From: a bacterium
GTDB taxonomy: Bacteria > UBA10199 > 2-02-FULL-44-16 > JAAZCA01
Direction: 5' to 3'
DNA length: 64,000 nucleotides
Assembly: GCA_963674695.2 (NCBI GenBank)
Contig: CAXXGI010000002.1
Span: forward strand, 320,001-384,000
Made by a program: the position numbers and the translations under genes. Within the stretch, counting starts at the first letter, position 1. Each line of letters opens with the position of its first letter. The notes beneath the pieces were generated by a model that saw nothing but the letters and a program-made list of their open reading frames with translations, did not search any database and was not told where the DNA came from. Positions 10,551-20,239 of the stretch are shown here, piece by piece.

Positions 10551-10733
10551 TCATTCTTGAATCAGTTCGAGCAGGCGCTCGGCAATCTTGATGTGCCGCT
10601 CCTCGTCGTCGCGGATCTCTGCGATTTTGTCGCGCACGTTCTCGCGCGTGATCTGTTCGACCAACTTTTGGTAGTGATCGCGCGCCTGGATCTCGAGCCC
10701 GAGGATCTTTTCAAAATCTGCTTTAGATGTCAT
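10551..10733 (-). CDS. Half-ferritin-like two-helix protein B (60 aa)
   Basis: MTSKADFEKILGLEIQARDHY...IRDDEERHIKIAERLL; ferritin/rubrerythrin-type E...ExxH spacing. Confidence 0.82.
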   Translation of the reverse strand: MTSKADFEKILGLEIQARDHYQKLVEQITRENVRDKIAEIRDDEERHIKIAERLLELIQE

Positions 10734-10962
10734 CGCTGTCCACCCCGTAGATGAGGTCCTTTGTCTCTTCCAAATACCGCCGATGCTTGCGGCAATCTTC
10801 CGTGAGGATCGTGAGCAGCCCCTTGATCTCGAGCCGATTCTTCTCGGGGATGTCGTCTTGACGGTCGGTGTAGAAGGAGAGGATCTGCGTGAGCATGAGG
10901 ACGATCGATTCCTCCATCGCATCGCCTCGAGAGAGGGCTTCGAGTAGCTGGGTTCGCTCCAT
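10723..10962 (-). CDS. Half-ferritin-like two-helix protein A (79 aa)
   Basis: AAAGGA SD before ATG at 10962; MEES...EDCRKH; stop overlaps the B start by 11 nt. Confidence 0.8.
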   Translation of the reverse strand: MERTQLLEALSRGDAMEESIVLMLTQILSFYTDRQDDIPEKNRLEIKGLLTILTEDCRKHRRYLEETKDLIYGVDSDDI

Positions 10963-11054
10963 GGGGAATCCTTTCGACAAAAACCATTGTATCGTCGATG
11001 GGGGGATCGCGCAAGAAGTCGATGGATGACGAAGGTGGGGGGCTTTGACGGAAC

Positions 11055-11084
11055 AAAAAACAGGGGGCCCAACCACGGGCCCCC
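11055..11084 (-). terminator. Rho-independent terminator
   Basis: GGGGGCCC-loop-GGGCCCCC stem followed by TGTTTTTT on the minus strand. Confidence 0.8.
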
Positions 11085-11133
11085 AAAGGGAGGAGAATTG
11101 TCTGTGTCAGATGTTTCCGTTTGTGCGTTCTCA
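11055..11133 (-). ncRNA. Candidate sRNA (~80 nt) with an anti-SD tract
   Basis: Lies between a sigma28-like promoter (11140-11166) and a strong terminator; contains UUCUCCUCCCUUU; no credible ORF. Confidence 0.5.
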
Positions 11134-11139
11134 TAACTG

Positions 11140-11166
11140 TTATCGGCGAAGGGATGTGTAAAGTTG
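11140..11166 (-). promoter_or_regulatory. Sigma28 (FliA)-like promoter
   Basis: CAAC-N15-GCCGATAA; the -10 box matches the sigma28 consensus exactly. Confidence 0.65.
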
Positions 11167-11276
11167 CGTTTTTAATACAAAAACCGTTTACAAAAGAGAA
11201 CAGCCGATCCCCCCTTTTCATGTTCGGGTTGGTGCATATAATGAGGAACGTCATTCGATCGGAACGGGGGGAATTC

Positions 11277-12335
11277 ATGCAATGTATTCGGTACAGAGGA
11301 CGATGGCTCTTCGCTATGGCGTTGATCGCGATAACCCTCTTTGCAGCGGTTTCGCTCGAAGCGGCTGAGCTTAGTGATGCCGCTCCATTTCAGGTGACCT
11401 CTGCGATGCGCGGGCGGCCGGATCCGGAAGGGACGCCCACGCCGGTCAAGATCGGTGTCTATATCCTGGACGTCTACGATATCGATGATGTAGAGCAGAC
11501 CTTCACCGCAGAGTTCGCCTATCGCCTGCAGTGGCGCGATGAACGCCTGGCGGCGGGGCTCGCTGAAGGCGAGACGCGGCGCTTCGGGATGGAGGAGGTC
11601 TGGCGCCCAAACGTCCTCGTCTTCAACGGGCGCGGGCTCGAGTCACAGGTGGAACGCTTCATCGAGGTCGATGCACAGGGAAACGTCAGTCTCTGGCAGC
11701 GCGATTATGGTGATCTCGCCTTTCGTTTGAACCTGCGCGATTTTCCATTCGATACCCATCATCTTCCCATCATCTTCGTCTCCGGTCGCTATGGCCCGGA
11801 AGCGGTTCGCTTCGAGGTCGATCGGCGCTTCACCGGCGAGTCGGAAGAGCTCGCCATCGCCGATTGGATGATTCGAGCCGCCGAGCCGAGGCTGGATGGA
11901 TATCACTTCGCTCCCCAGGGGCGCGATCTGTCGATGGCGGTCTTTCGCATCGAGGCGACGCGTCGCGTGGGTTTCTTCGTCTGGCGCGTCATCGCTCCGC
12001 TCATGCTCATCGTCTTCATGTCCTGGATGGTCTTCTGGATCGATCCAAATCACCTGGAGGCCCAGGTGGGGGTTTCAGCCACATCGGTGCTCACGCTCGT
12101 CGCCTTTCAGTTTGCCTTGGGCGTGTTGCTCCCGCGCATCGCGTATCTGACGCGCATCGACATCTTCATTCTCATCACATCGTTGTTGGTTTTTCTAGCG
12201 CTCGTGGAGGGAGTCGTTACCAGCGGGTTGGCCGGGAAGGGGCGCCATGAAACGGCGCTTCGCATCGACTGGTGGTCGCGACGACTCTTCCCGACGGTCT
12301 ATGTTGTCGCCTCGGCGCTGACGTTTCTGCTCTGA
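11277..12335 (+). CDS. Prokaryotic pentameric ligand-gated ion channel (GLIC/ELIC family)
   Basis: Signal peptide; WRDERL, WRPNV, FPFD Pro-loop, M1 PLMLIVFMSWMVFWI, M2-M3 LPRIAYLT; four TM helices. Confidence 0.9.
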   Translation: MQCIRYRGRWLFAMALIAITLFAAVSLEAAELSDAAPFQVTSAMRGRPDPEGTPTPVKIGVYILDVYDIDDVEQTFTAEFAYRLQWRDERLAAGLAEGETRRFGMEEVWRPNVLVFNGRGLESQVERFIEVDAQGNVSLWQRDYGDLAFRLNLRDFPFDTHHLPIIFVSGRYGPEAVRFEVDRRFTGESEELAIADWMIRAAEPRLDGYHFAPQGRDLSMAVFRIEATRRVGFFVWRVIAPLMLIVFMSWMVFWIDPNHLEAQVGVSATSVLTLVAFQFALGVLLPRIAYLTRIDIFILITSLLVFLALVEGVVTSGLAGKGRHETALRIDWWSRRLFPTVYVVASALTFLL

Positions 12336-12350
12336 GGGTTCGAACGGTTT

Positions 12351-13490
12351 TTATCGATGCACGTGGGAATAGGCGCGCACGATTTCCAACACGCGCCCGA
12401 GCGGCAGGGCATTGGCGCGATTGCCCGAGTGCCCCTCCATCGTCTCGGCCATGCACAGCGCATTCATGATGGCCTCTTCGGTTGCCTCGATCGTGGCGCG
12501 ATAGAGCGGGTCGATGGCTGTATCGAGCAGCACCTTCATCTTATAGCGCATCTTCTTCGACTGCCTCGGGACCGTGTTGGCGGTGGAGAATCCCACCATG
12601 ATCTCGCCCGAATCGTTTGCCGCGATCGATCCGCAGCGCCCGACACCGAGGGCCGCGCGTTTGCACAGCCGCGCGATCTGGTGCGACATGAGCGGCGCAT
12701 TGGTGGCGACCACGACGATGATGCTGCCGTAGTTGTGTTCGCGCCGGGGCTCGGTGCGCATCTCCTCCATGAGTATCTCGCCCAAGGGAATGCCGTCCAG
12801 GCGCAGGTCCGCCATCGTGCCGAAGTTGCTCATGACCAGCACGCCGACCACATAGCCGCCCTCCGCCGGTGGCAGGCGCCGTGAGGAGGTGCCGATGCCG
12901 CCCTTGAAGTCGCAGCTGACCATGCCCGTTCCGCCGCCGACGTTCCCTTCTGCAACCGGACCACTGCTGGCATTTGCGATCGCCTCGAGGACGTGTTCTT
13001 CGCGAACGTGTCCGCCGCCGATGTCGTTGAGCCAGGAATCGTCGCATTCGCCCACGACCGGGATGATGACATCATGAATCGTGCCGATGCCGGGGTAGCG
13101 GTCGACCATATACCTGACCACCGCGTCCGAACAGGTGCCGACCGAGAGGGTGTTGGTGAGCAGGATCGGCGTCTCGATGAGCCCCCACTCCACCACCTGC
13201 GTGAGCCCCGAGACCTCGCCCGCGCCGTTGAGGATGAAGCCGCTGCCGACGACGCGTTCGTGAAAGATGTCGCCGCCCACCGGCAGGATCGCGGTCACCC
13301 CGGTGCGCGCGGGGCCCTTGCCCGATCGGAGCTTGCCCTCCCCCTCCCCGTGAACGACCGTTGCGTGTCCGACCATGACGCCCGGCACATCGGTGATCGC
13401 ATTGAAGCGGCCGGTGGGATAGCGTCCAATTTTGACACCCAGCCCGCGCAGCCGCACGCGTTTGCCTTCGCGGATCTTTTTGTCGACCAT
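12351..13490 (-). CDS. dmpA: DmpA/BapA-family (S58/P1) aminopeptidase
   Basis: NAITDVPGVMVGH, VVGECDDSWLND, EGNVGGGTGM, KGGIGTSSR and the G|SIIVVVAT autoprocessing site. Confidence 0.88.
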   Translation of the reverse strand: MVDKKIREGKRVRLRGLGVKIGRYPTGRFNAITDVPGVMVGHATVVHGEGEGKLRSGKGPARTGVTAILPVGGDIFHERVVGSGFILNGAGEVSGLTQVVEWGLIETPILLTNTLSVGTCSDAVVRYMVDRYPGIGTIHDVIIPVVGECDDSWLNDIGGGHVREEHVLEAIANASSGPVAEGNVGGGTGMVSCDFKGGIGTSSRRLPPAEGGYVVGVLVMSNFGTMADLRLDGIPLGEILMEEMRTEPRREHNYGSIIVVVATNAPLMSHQIARLCKRAALGVGRCGSIAANDSGEIMVGFSTANTVPRQSKKMRYKMKVLLDTAIDPLYRATIEATEEAIMNALCMAETMEGHSGNRANALPLGRVLEIVRAYSHVHR

Positions 13491-13492
13491 CG

Positions 13493-15550
13493 CTACCCCC
13501 TACGTCCCAAGAGCTGTTCCCGTCGGCGCTCGCGCATGCGGCGCAGCGCCGGCGCCATGATCTCGCCGACGAGGGCGCGAAAACCGATGCCCACCGCCTC
13601 GGCGATGACACAGAAATCAGAAAACCCGGGCGTGAGCCCCGGGAGCGGATTGCACTCGACGAAGTGGACGTGACCTTTTTCATCCAGGCGCAGGTCGATG
13701 CGCGCAAAGTCGCGGCAGCCCAGGACCGTGAACGCCGACTTGGCCACGCGCTCCAACTCGCGCTTGAGCGGTGGTTCGACGTTCGCCGGCACCTCGAATC
13801 GCACCTTGTCGACGTTGAAGAATTTACTCTCGAACGTATAGAGCAGATACTTCGGGCTGCGGTCGAGGAAGATCACCTCCATCGGCGGCAGCGCGCGCGG
13901 ACGGCGCTCGCCCAAAAGCGCCACGGTGAATTCGCGGCCCGGGAGAAAGTGCTCCACGATCAGGGCCTGGTGGTAGCGCCCGACGATCTCCTGCACCAGT
14001 TCGCGCAGCCCTTTCTCGTCTTCGGCCACGCTCGTGCGCAACACACCTTTGGAACTGCCCTCGGCCACGGGTTTTGCGATGACCGGAAATTCGAACCCCT
14101 TGGGCAGGCGTTCGCGTCCGGTGGTCATGAGGAGAAACGGCGGCGTGCGCAGACCCGCCTGCGCGATGAGGCGTTTGGCCAACCCCTTGTCGTGTGAGAG
14201 CGAGAGGGTGGCTGGATCCGAGCCCGTGTAGGGGATTCCCAGCAGTTCGAGGAGCGCGGGCACCTGCGACTCGCGCGTGCGCCCTTCGATCCCCTCGGCG
14301 ACGTTGAAGGCGACGTCGATTCCCGATGCCGGCAAGATCGACGGGAGCTCGCGCGTCGCCTCCAGCCGCACCACGTTATGGCCGTAGGAGGCGATCGCCT
14401 CCTCGATGGCGGCGACCGTGTCGGGCGAGTCGAACTCGGCCTCGTCATCGCCCGTGGCTTCGTCGAGACGGTTTTCCATGCGGCGCAGATTGTAGATGAG
14501 TCCCACCTGGATGGGGGCACGTGCGAAGCTGCGCCGCGAGCTCTTGAGCGTGATGCCGAAACGATCGGCGGCGCTCGAGATGATCGCCTGTAGGACCTTC
14601 TCGATCGAGCCCAGACCCACGAGCGCAGCCGATTCGTAGATGGACGCGCCCGGCTCGAGGCTCGGCAGGGCGTTGACCTCGATGAAGTGCAATTCGCCGG
14701 CGGCATCGAGACGGAAGTCGACGCGTCCGGCGTCGCGCACGCCGAGAGCGGCGATCACGCGACGCGTGAGGTCGAAGGCGCGGTCGCGAATGCTCGCGTC
14801 GATCTGGGCCGGCACGCGCACGGAGACCGCGTCGAAGTGCGTGGCCTTGAGGTCGTAGTCGTAGATCTGATAGCGGCGCGGTCCGGTGATGGCCTCGTCG
14901 AAGCAATACTGCGCCGGTTCGAGTACGCCCCCGCGCTTGGGTGCGGCCTTTTCCAGGAACGGGACGGTGATGTCCTGCCCCACGATGAACTCCTCGACGA
15001 GCACGCCCGTGGGAAAGCGCTGCAGCAGCGACTCGACCAGAGGGGCGAGCTCCAGCGCGTTCTCCACGATGGAGTCCTGCGTGATCCCCATCGAACTCCC
15101 CTCGAAGTTCGGTTTGACGATCACGGGAAAACGCAGCGTGGAGGCGGCCAGCAGCTCGATCTGTTCGCGCCGTTCGACGAAGACCGAATGTGGTGTGGGC
15201 ACGCCTCGGGCTGCCAAGACCATCTTGGTCAGCTGCTTGTCGAGCGTGAGGGCGCAGACATAGGCGTCCGACATGGTAAACGGCAGGCCCAGCCGGTCGA
15301 AGAGCGCCGGATAGAAGGCCTCGCGAAAACGTCCGCGGCTGCCCTCGGCGGTGTTGAAGACCAGATCCGGCGCGAGCGCCTCCAGGCGCGCGACGATGCG
15401 CGAGGCGGGTCCGGCCACATCGATGGGTTCCACCTCGTGACCGAGGGCGCGCAGCGCCTCGGTGATGGCGGCGACGGTCTCGGGCCGATCGAACTCGGCC
15501 TCGTCCTCGCTCGTGGACAGCTGCAGGTTGTGCGTGAAGGCGATCTTCAT
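13493..15550 (-). CDS. Tandem (two-domain) D-Ala-D-Ala ligase-like ATP-grasp protein
   Basis: Two copies of EAEFDxPxTV..VFNxAEG..KPxxEGSSxG..EE/HFxxGxxxTV..RxDxRLD..ExNxLPxL. Confidence 0.88.
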   Translation of the reverse strand: MKIAFTHNLQLSTSEDEAEFDRPETVAAITEALRALGHEVEPIDVAGPASRIVARLEALAPDLVFNTAEGSRGRFREAFYPALFDRLGLPFTMSDAYVCALTLDKQLTKMVLAARGVPTPHSVFVERREQIELLAASTLRFPVIVKPNFEGSSMGITQDSIVENALELAPLVESLLQRFPTGVLVEEFIVGQDITVPFLEKAAPKRGGVLEPAQYCFDEAITGPRRYQIYDYDLKATHFDAVSVRVPAQIDASIRDRAFDLTRRVIAALGVRDAGRVDFRLDAAGELHFIEVNALPSLEPGASIYESAALVGLGSIEKVLQAIISSAADRFGITLKSSRRSFARAPIQVGLIYNLRRMENRLDEATGDDEAEFDSPDTVAAIEEAIASYGHNVVRLEATRELPSILPASGIDVAFNVAEGIEGRTRESQVPALLELLGIPYTGSDPATLSLSHDKGLAKRLIAQAGLRTPPFLLMTTGRERLPKGFEFPVIAKPVAEGSSKGVLRTSVAEDEKGLRELVQEIVGRYHQALIVEHFLPGREFTVALLGERRPRALPPMEVIFLDRSPKYLLYTFESKFFNVDKVRFEVPANVEPPLKRELERVAKSAFTVLGCRDFARIDLRLDEKGHVHFVECNPLPGLTPGFSDFCVIAEAVGIGFRALVGEIMAPALRRMRERRREQLLGRRG

Positions 15551-15565
15551 GGGTGGGCGCTGCTC

Positions 15566-16558
15566 CTATATGTTCTCGTCCTTGACCTTGATGCGCGGAA
15601 ACCAGATGGCGCGATGGGCCAGCGTGAACTGCCCGCGCAGGTGCTCCCATGCCTTCTCGATGAGCCGCCGGGCCAGAAGAGAGATGAGTTCGTCGGGCAC
15701 GCCGTCCTTGTGCTCCGATTTCGGATAGATGGCACACTGGTCGTTCATATAATCGATGGCGATGAACCGTTTGGTCTTGGCGCACTGCGCGATCTCGCAG
15801 GAGAACCAGTCGACGCGCGTGATGCGCCCGATCTCGGAGGCAATGCGCATGAGCGGCATGAGCCGATGTTCGTCCATCTGGCGCAGCGTCACCTGGGTGT
15901 ATTCGTGCGTCTCCGGGTTCCACCAGCAGGGGATGATCTCGCCGAAGAGCTGATAGACGCGAAACCAGGCCGGACGTCCTTCGATCACGCGCGTGGTGAT
16001 GAACTCCTGCAACAGGAAGTTGTCGCCCGGCGAGAACTTCCGTGCGCGCGCGATCTCGGCGAGCGTCTGTTTCGAGCGGACGATGGCCACGCCCTGTTGT
16101 CCGAAACCGAGTGCGGGTTTGATGACAAACGGGGTTCCCAAGAGTTCGCGCTCTTGGGCGGAGAGCCGTCGCGAGGGTTCCCAATGGCGAATGACGATCG
16201 TGGCCGGCACCGGAACGCGCGAGCGCACGAGGTCGAAGTGGGTAATCGATTTGTCGGCGGCCGAACGCACCGCGTCCGGGTCGTCGATGATGCGCGCGCC
16301 CGAATCCTTGGCGCGATAGACGAACTGGGTGAAGGGGTGAGCGGTGTCGAAGGTCTCCGAGGCCATGTCGATGAGGACGCGGATTTTCAGTCGACCAGCG
16401 GCAAGATCCCGCGCATCGCGCGCGAGGGTTTTTTCATCGATGCAGCGAAAGGAGATCTGCCGCACGCGGCATTCCTCATCGAGGGCATTGATGAACGGAT
16501 CGCGTTTGTCGCGGGGTTCGGGCCAGGCGATAGCCACATCCGCCGTTTTCTCCGGCAT
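15566..16558 (-). CDS. ATP-grasp fold protein, uncharacterised
   Basis: ADKSITH..VPVPAT, PFVIKPALGFGQQGV, LLQEFI, IDYMND. Confidence 0.78.
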   Translation of the reverse strand: MPEKTADVAIAWPEPRDKRDPFINALDEECRVRQISFRCIDEKTLARDARDLAAGRLKIRVLIDMASETFDTAHPFTQFVYRAKDSGARIIDDPDAVRSAADKSITHFDLVRSRVPVPATIVIRHWEPSRRLSAQERELLGTPFVIKPALGFGQQGVAIVRSKQTLAEIARARKFSPGDNFLLQEFITTRVIEGRPAWFRVYQLFGEIIPCWWNPETHEYTQVTLRQMDEHRLMPLMRIASEIGRITRVDWFSCEIAQCAKTKRFIAIDYMNDQCAIYPKSEHKDGVPDELISLLARRLIEKAWEHLRGQFTLAHRAIWFPRIKVKDENI

Positions 16559-16612
16559 GGATCCTCCGAAACCGCATCATACTGGGGAAGGCAGGCGGAG
16601 GTCAACGGCGCA

Positions 16613-16999
16613 TCAACAGATCACCGATGGGGGATCTCGTTCGATGAACTGAACCTTGTCGATGCGATGGTTCGTCTGATGGAAGCGTACGGCGGCGAGT
16701 CGCGAGAGGTCGCCGTGTTTCTGTTCGAAATACCGCAGCGCGCGGAGATAGGCATTCATATCGTTCCGGGCGTTGCGGGCCTGGTCCATGCGACCGTCGC
16801 CGTCGATGAAGCCGGAGTAGTAGTCGACGTACTGGTATTTCCCCTTCCGAAAATCCCCCTCCAGGCCGATCAGGTCGAGTGTCTCGACCGTGTTCCGATC
16901 TCCCAGAGAGCTGCGCCGCGCGATCGCCTTGAGGATCGCGTAGTCGCGCAGGGGTTCGGTGGCTTCAAACCACCCGGTCTTCGGTGTCGATGTGAGCAT
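16613..16999 (-). CDS. Hypothetical protein
   Basis: GGGGAG SD before ATG at 16999; 128 aa; no family recognised. Confidence 0.5.
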   Translation of the reverse strand: MLTSTPKTGWFEATEPLRDYAILKAIARRSSLGDRNTVETLDLIGLEGDFRKGKYQYVDYYSGFIDGDGRMDQARNARNDMNAYLRALRYFEQKHGDLSRLAAVRFHQTNHRIDKVQFIERDPPSVIC

Positions 17000-17144
17000 G
17001 ATCTCCCCCCATGAAGCGCATCGTTTCAATCGTGGGAGCGATTGTGCCGCCGGAGGGGAGAGGAGGCAAGCCGCAGTGCGGCAAAAGGAACGTCCTTGTC
17101 TTTCGATGTATTCTCGTTATGATGCGTCACCAGGAGGATCACCC

Positions 17145-17588
17145 ATGCGCAACGCGCTCATCATCGCCATCGCGGCTTTCATTTTGCTCACCACGCTCTG
17201 TTTTCTCGGAATGCCCGAGGCCCAGGAGGGCTTTTCCGCGCCGCGTGCGACCAAGGCTTCGAGCAGTTCTTCCATCCATCAGGTGCAGCGCGATGGCCCG
17301 ATCGAAGGGTGCGAAGAGCGGGGCCTGCAGGACAAGATCGTCTACATCGGAACGCCCAGCTGCCCCAATTGTCGAAAGGCCAAGCCCATTATCGATACCG
17401 TGATTGAAGAAGAAAAGTTGGGGGGGAGCTACATCGAGATCGATACCCGCGATTCCGTTTCACGAAAGCAGATGGATGAATACCGCATCAGCGTTCGCTT
17501 TGTTCCGACGCTCATCTCCGGGTGCCGTGCGCACGTCGGCGCGCGCAACAAGGAAGCCTACCGCAAGATCATGAAGCCGAAGTCGTAG
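17145..17588 (+). CDS. Exported thioredoxin/glutaredoxin-like protein
   Basis: AGGAGG SD, N-terminal signal/TM, CPNC and FVPT cis-Pro motifs. Confidence 0.78.
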   Translation: MRNALIIAIAAFILLTTLCFLGMPEAQEGFSAPRATKASSSSSIHQVQRDGPIEGCEERGLQDKIVYIGTPSCPNCRKAKPIIDTVIEEEKLGGSYIEIDTRDSVSRKQMDEYRISVRFVPTLISGCRAHVGARNKEAYRKIMKPKS

Positions 17589-17863
17589 GAACGTTTCCTT
17601 TCGAGACCCTTTCCCTGGTATGTTTTTACCCTCTTCCGCCAAAAAAGAGACATGATCGCTCACGGCATTTCGCATACTTAGCGTAAGATGCACTTTTGCC
17701 ACCTCTTGCGTCGTCTGTCGCTCGCGCATCTAACCTCTCGTTCGAACAGGGTATATTGCTCTGGGGATCGCCGACCCCGGCTCTGACGTGTTCTGGAATA
17801 CAACTTGCTTCTTTCATCTCCGACGATGGGAGCTGGTTGGATCCACAACCGAAGGGGGGTTCT

Positions 17864-19876
<2,013 letters not shown>

Positions 19877-19928
19877 ATTCCCGGCGTGGGTGTGTACGAG
19901 GGGAGGGGGCCTTGAGGCCTCCTCCCCG

Positions 19929-20076
19929 AGGTTGATGACAAACCTTGGTTTTGTCATCCCGACCGACCGAGTTGTACGAGGGAGTGGAGGGATCTCATGA
20001 GATTCCTCGACTCCCCCGGCATCATACGATGCCGGGTCCGCTCGGAATGACATCATGAGGACTTTGTCAGCAGTCT
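19929..20076. mobile_element. MITE/REP element between two similar terminator-like hairpins
   Basis: Imperfect ends aggttgatgacaaa / tttgtcagcagtct; internal gtcatcccg...cggaatgac; gagggggc..gcctcctcccc hairpins on both sides. Confidence 0.6.
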
Positions 20077-20169
20077 GGAGAGGGGGCTAAAGCCTCCTCC
20101 CCTTTGTTTTGGTGGGGAGGGATGTCAGGGCAATCCTACAATGTCGGATATGCAAAGAAGTCGTGTCGG

Positions 20170-20196
20170 CAACTTCTGAATCATCTCGACCGATAA
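20170..20196 (+). promoter_or_regulatory. Sigma28-like promoter
   Basis: CAAC-N15-ACCGATAA upstream of 20240. Confidence 0.6.
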
Positions 20197-20239
20197 TAGA
20201 TATGACGGGAGGAATCAATGCGTATGCGGGGAGACGTGT

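Noticed and set aside
10551-11076. ORF-track 173-aa and 117-aa proteins
   Set aside because: Their N-terminal extensions overlap other genes or the terminator; SD position and paralogy support starts at 10733 and 10962.
13493-15550. Housekeeping ddl
   Set aside because: Double-length, lacks the GGxSxE N-terminal signature and has no cell-wall gene context, so the symbol is withheld.
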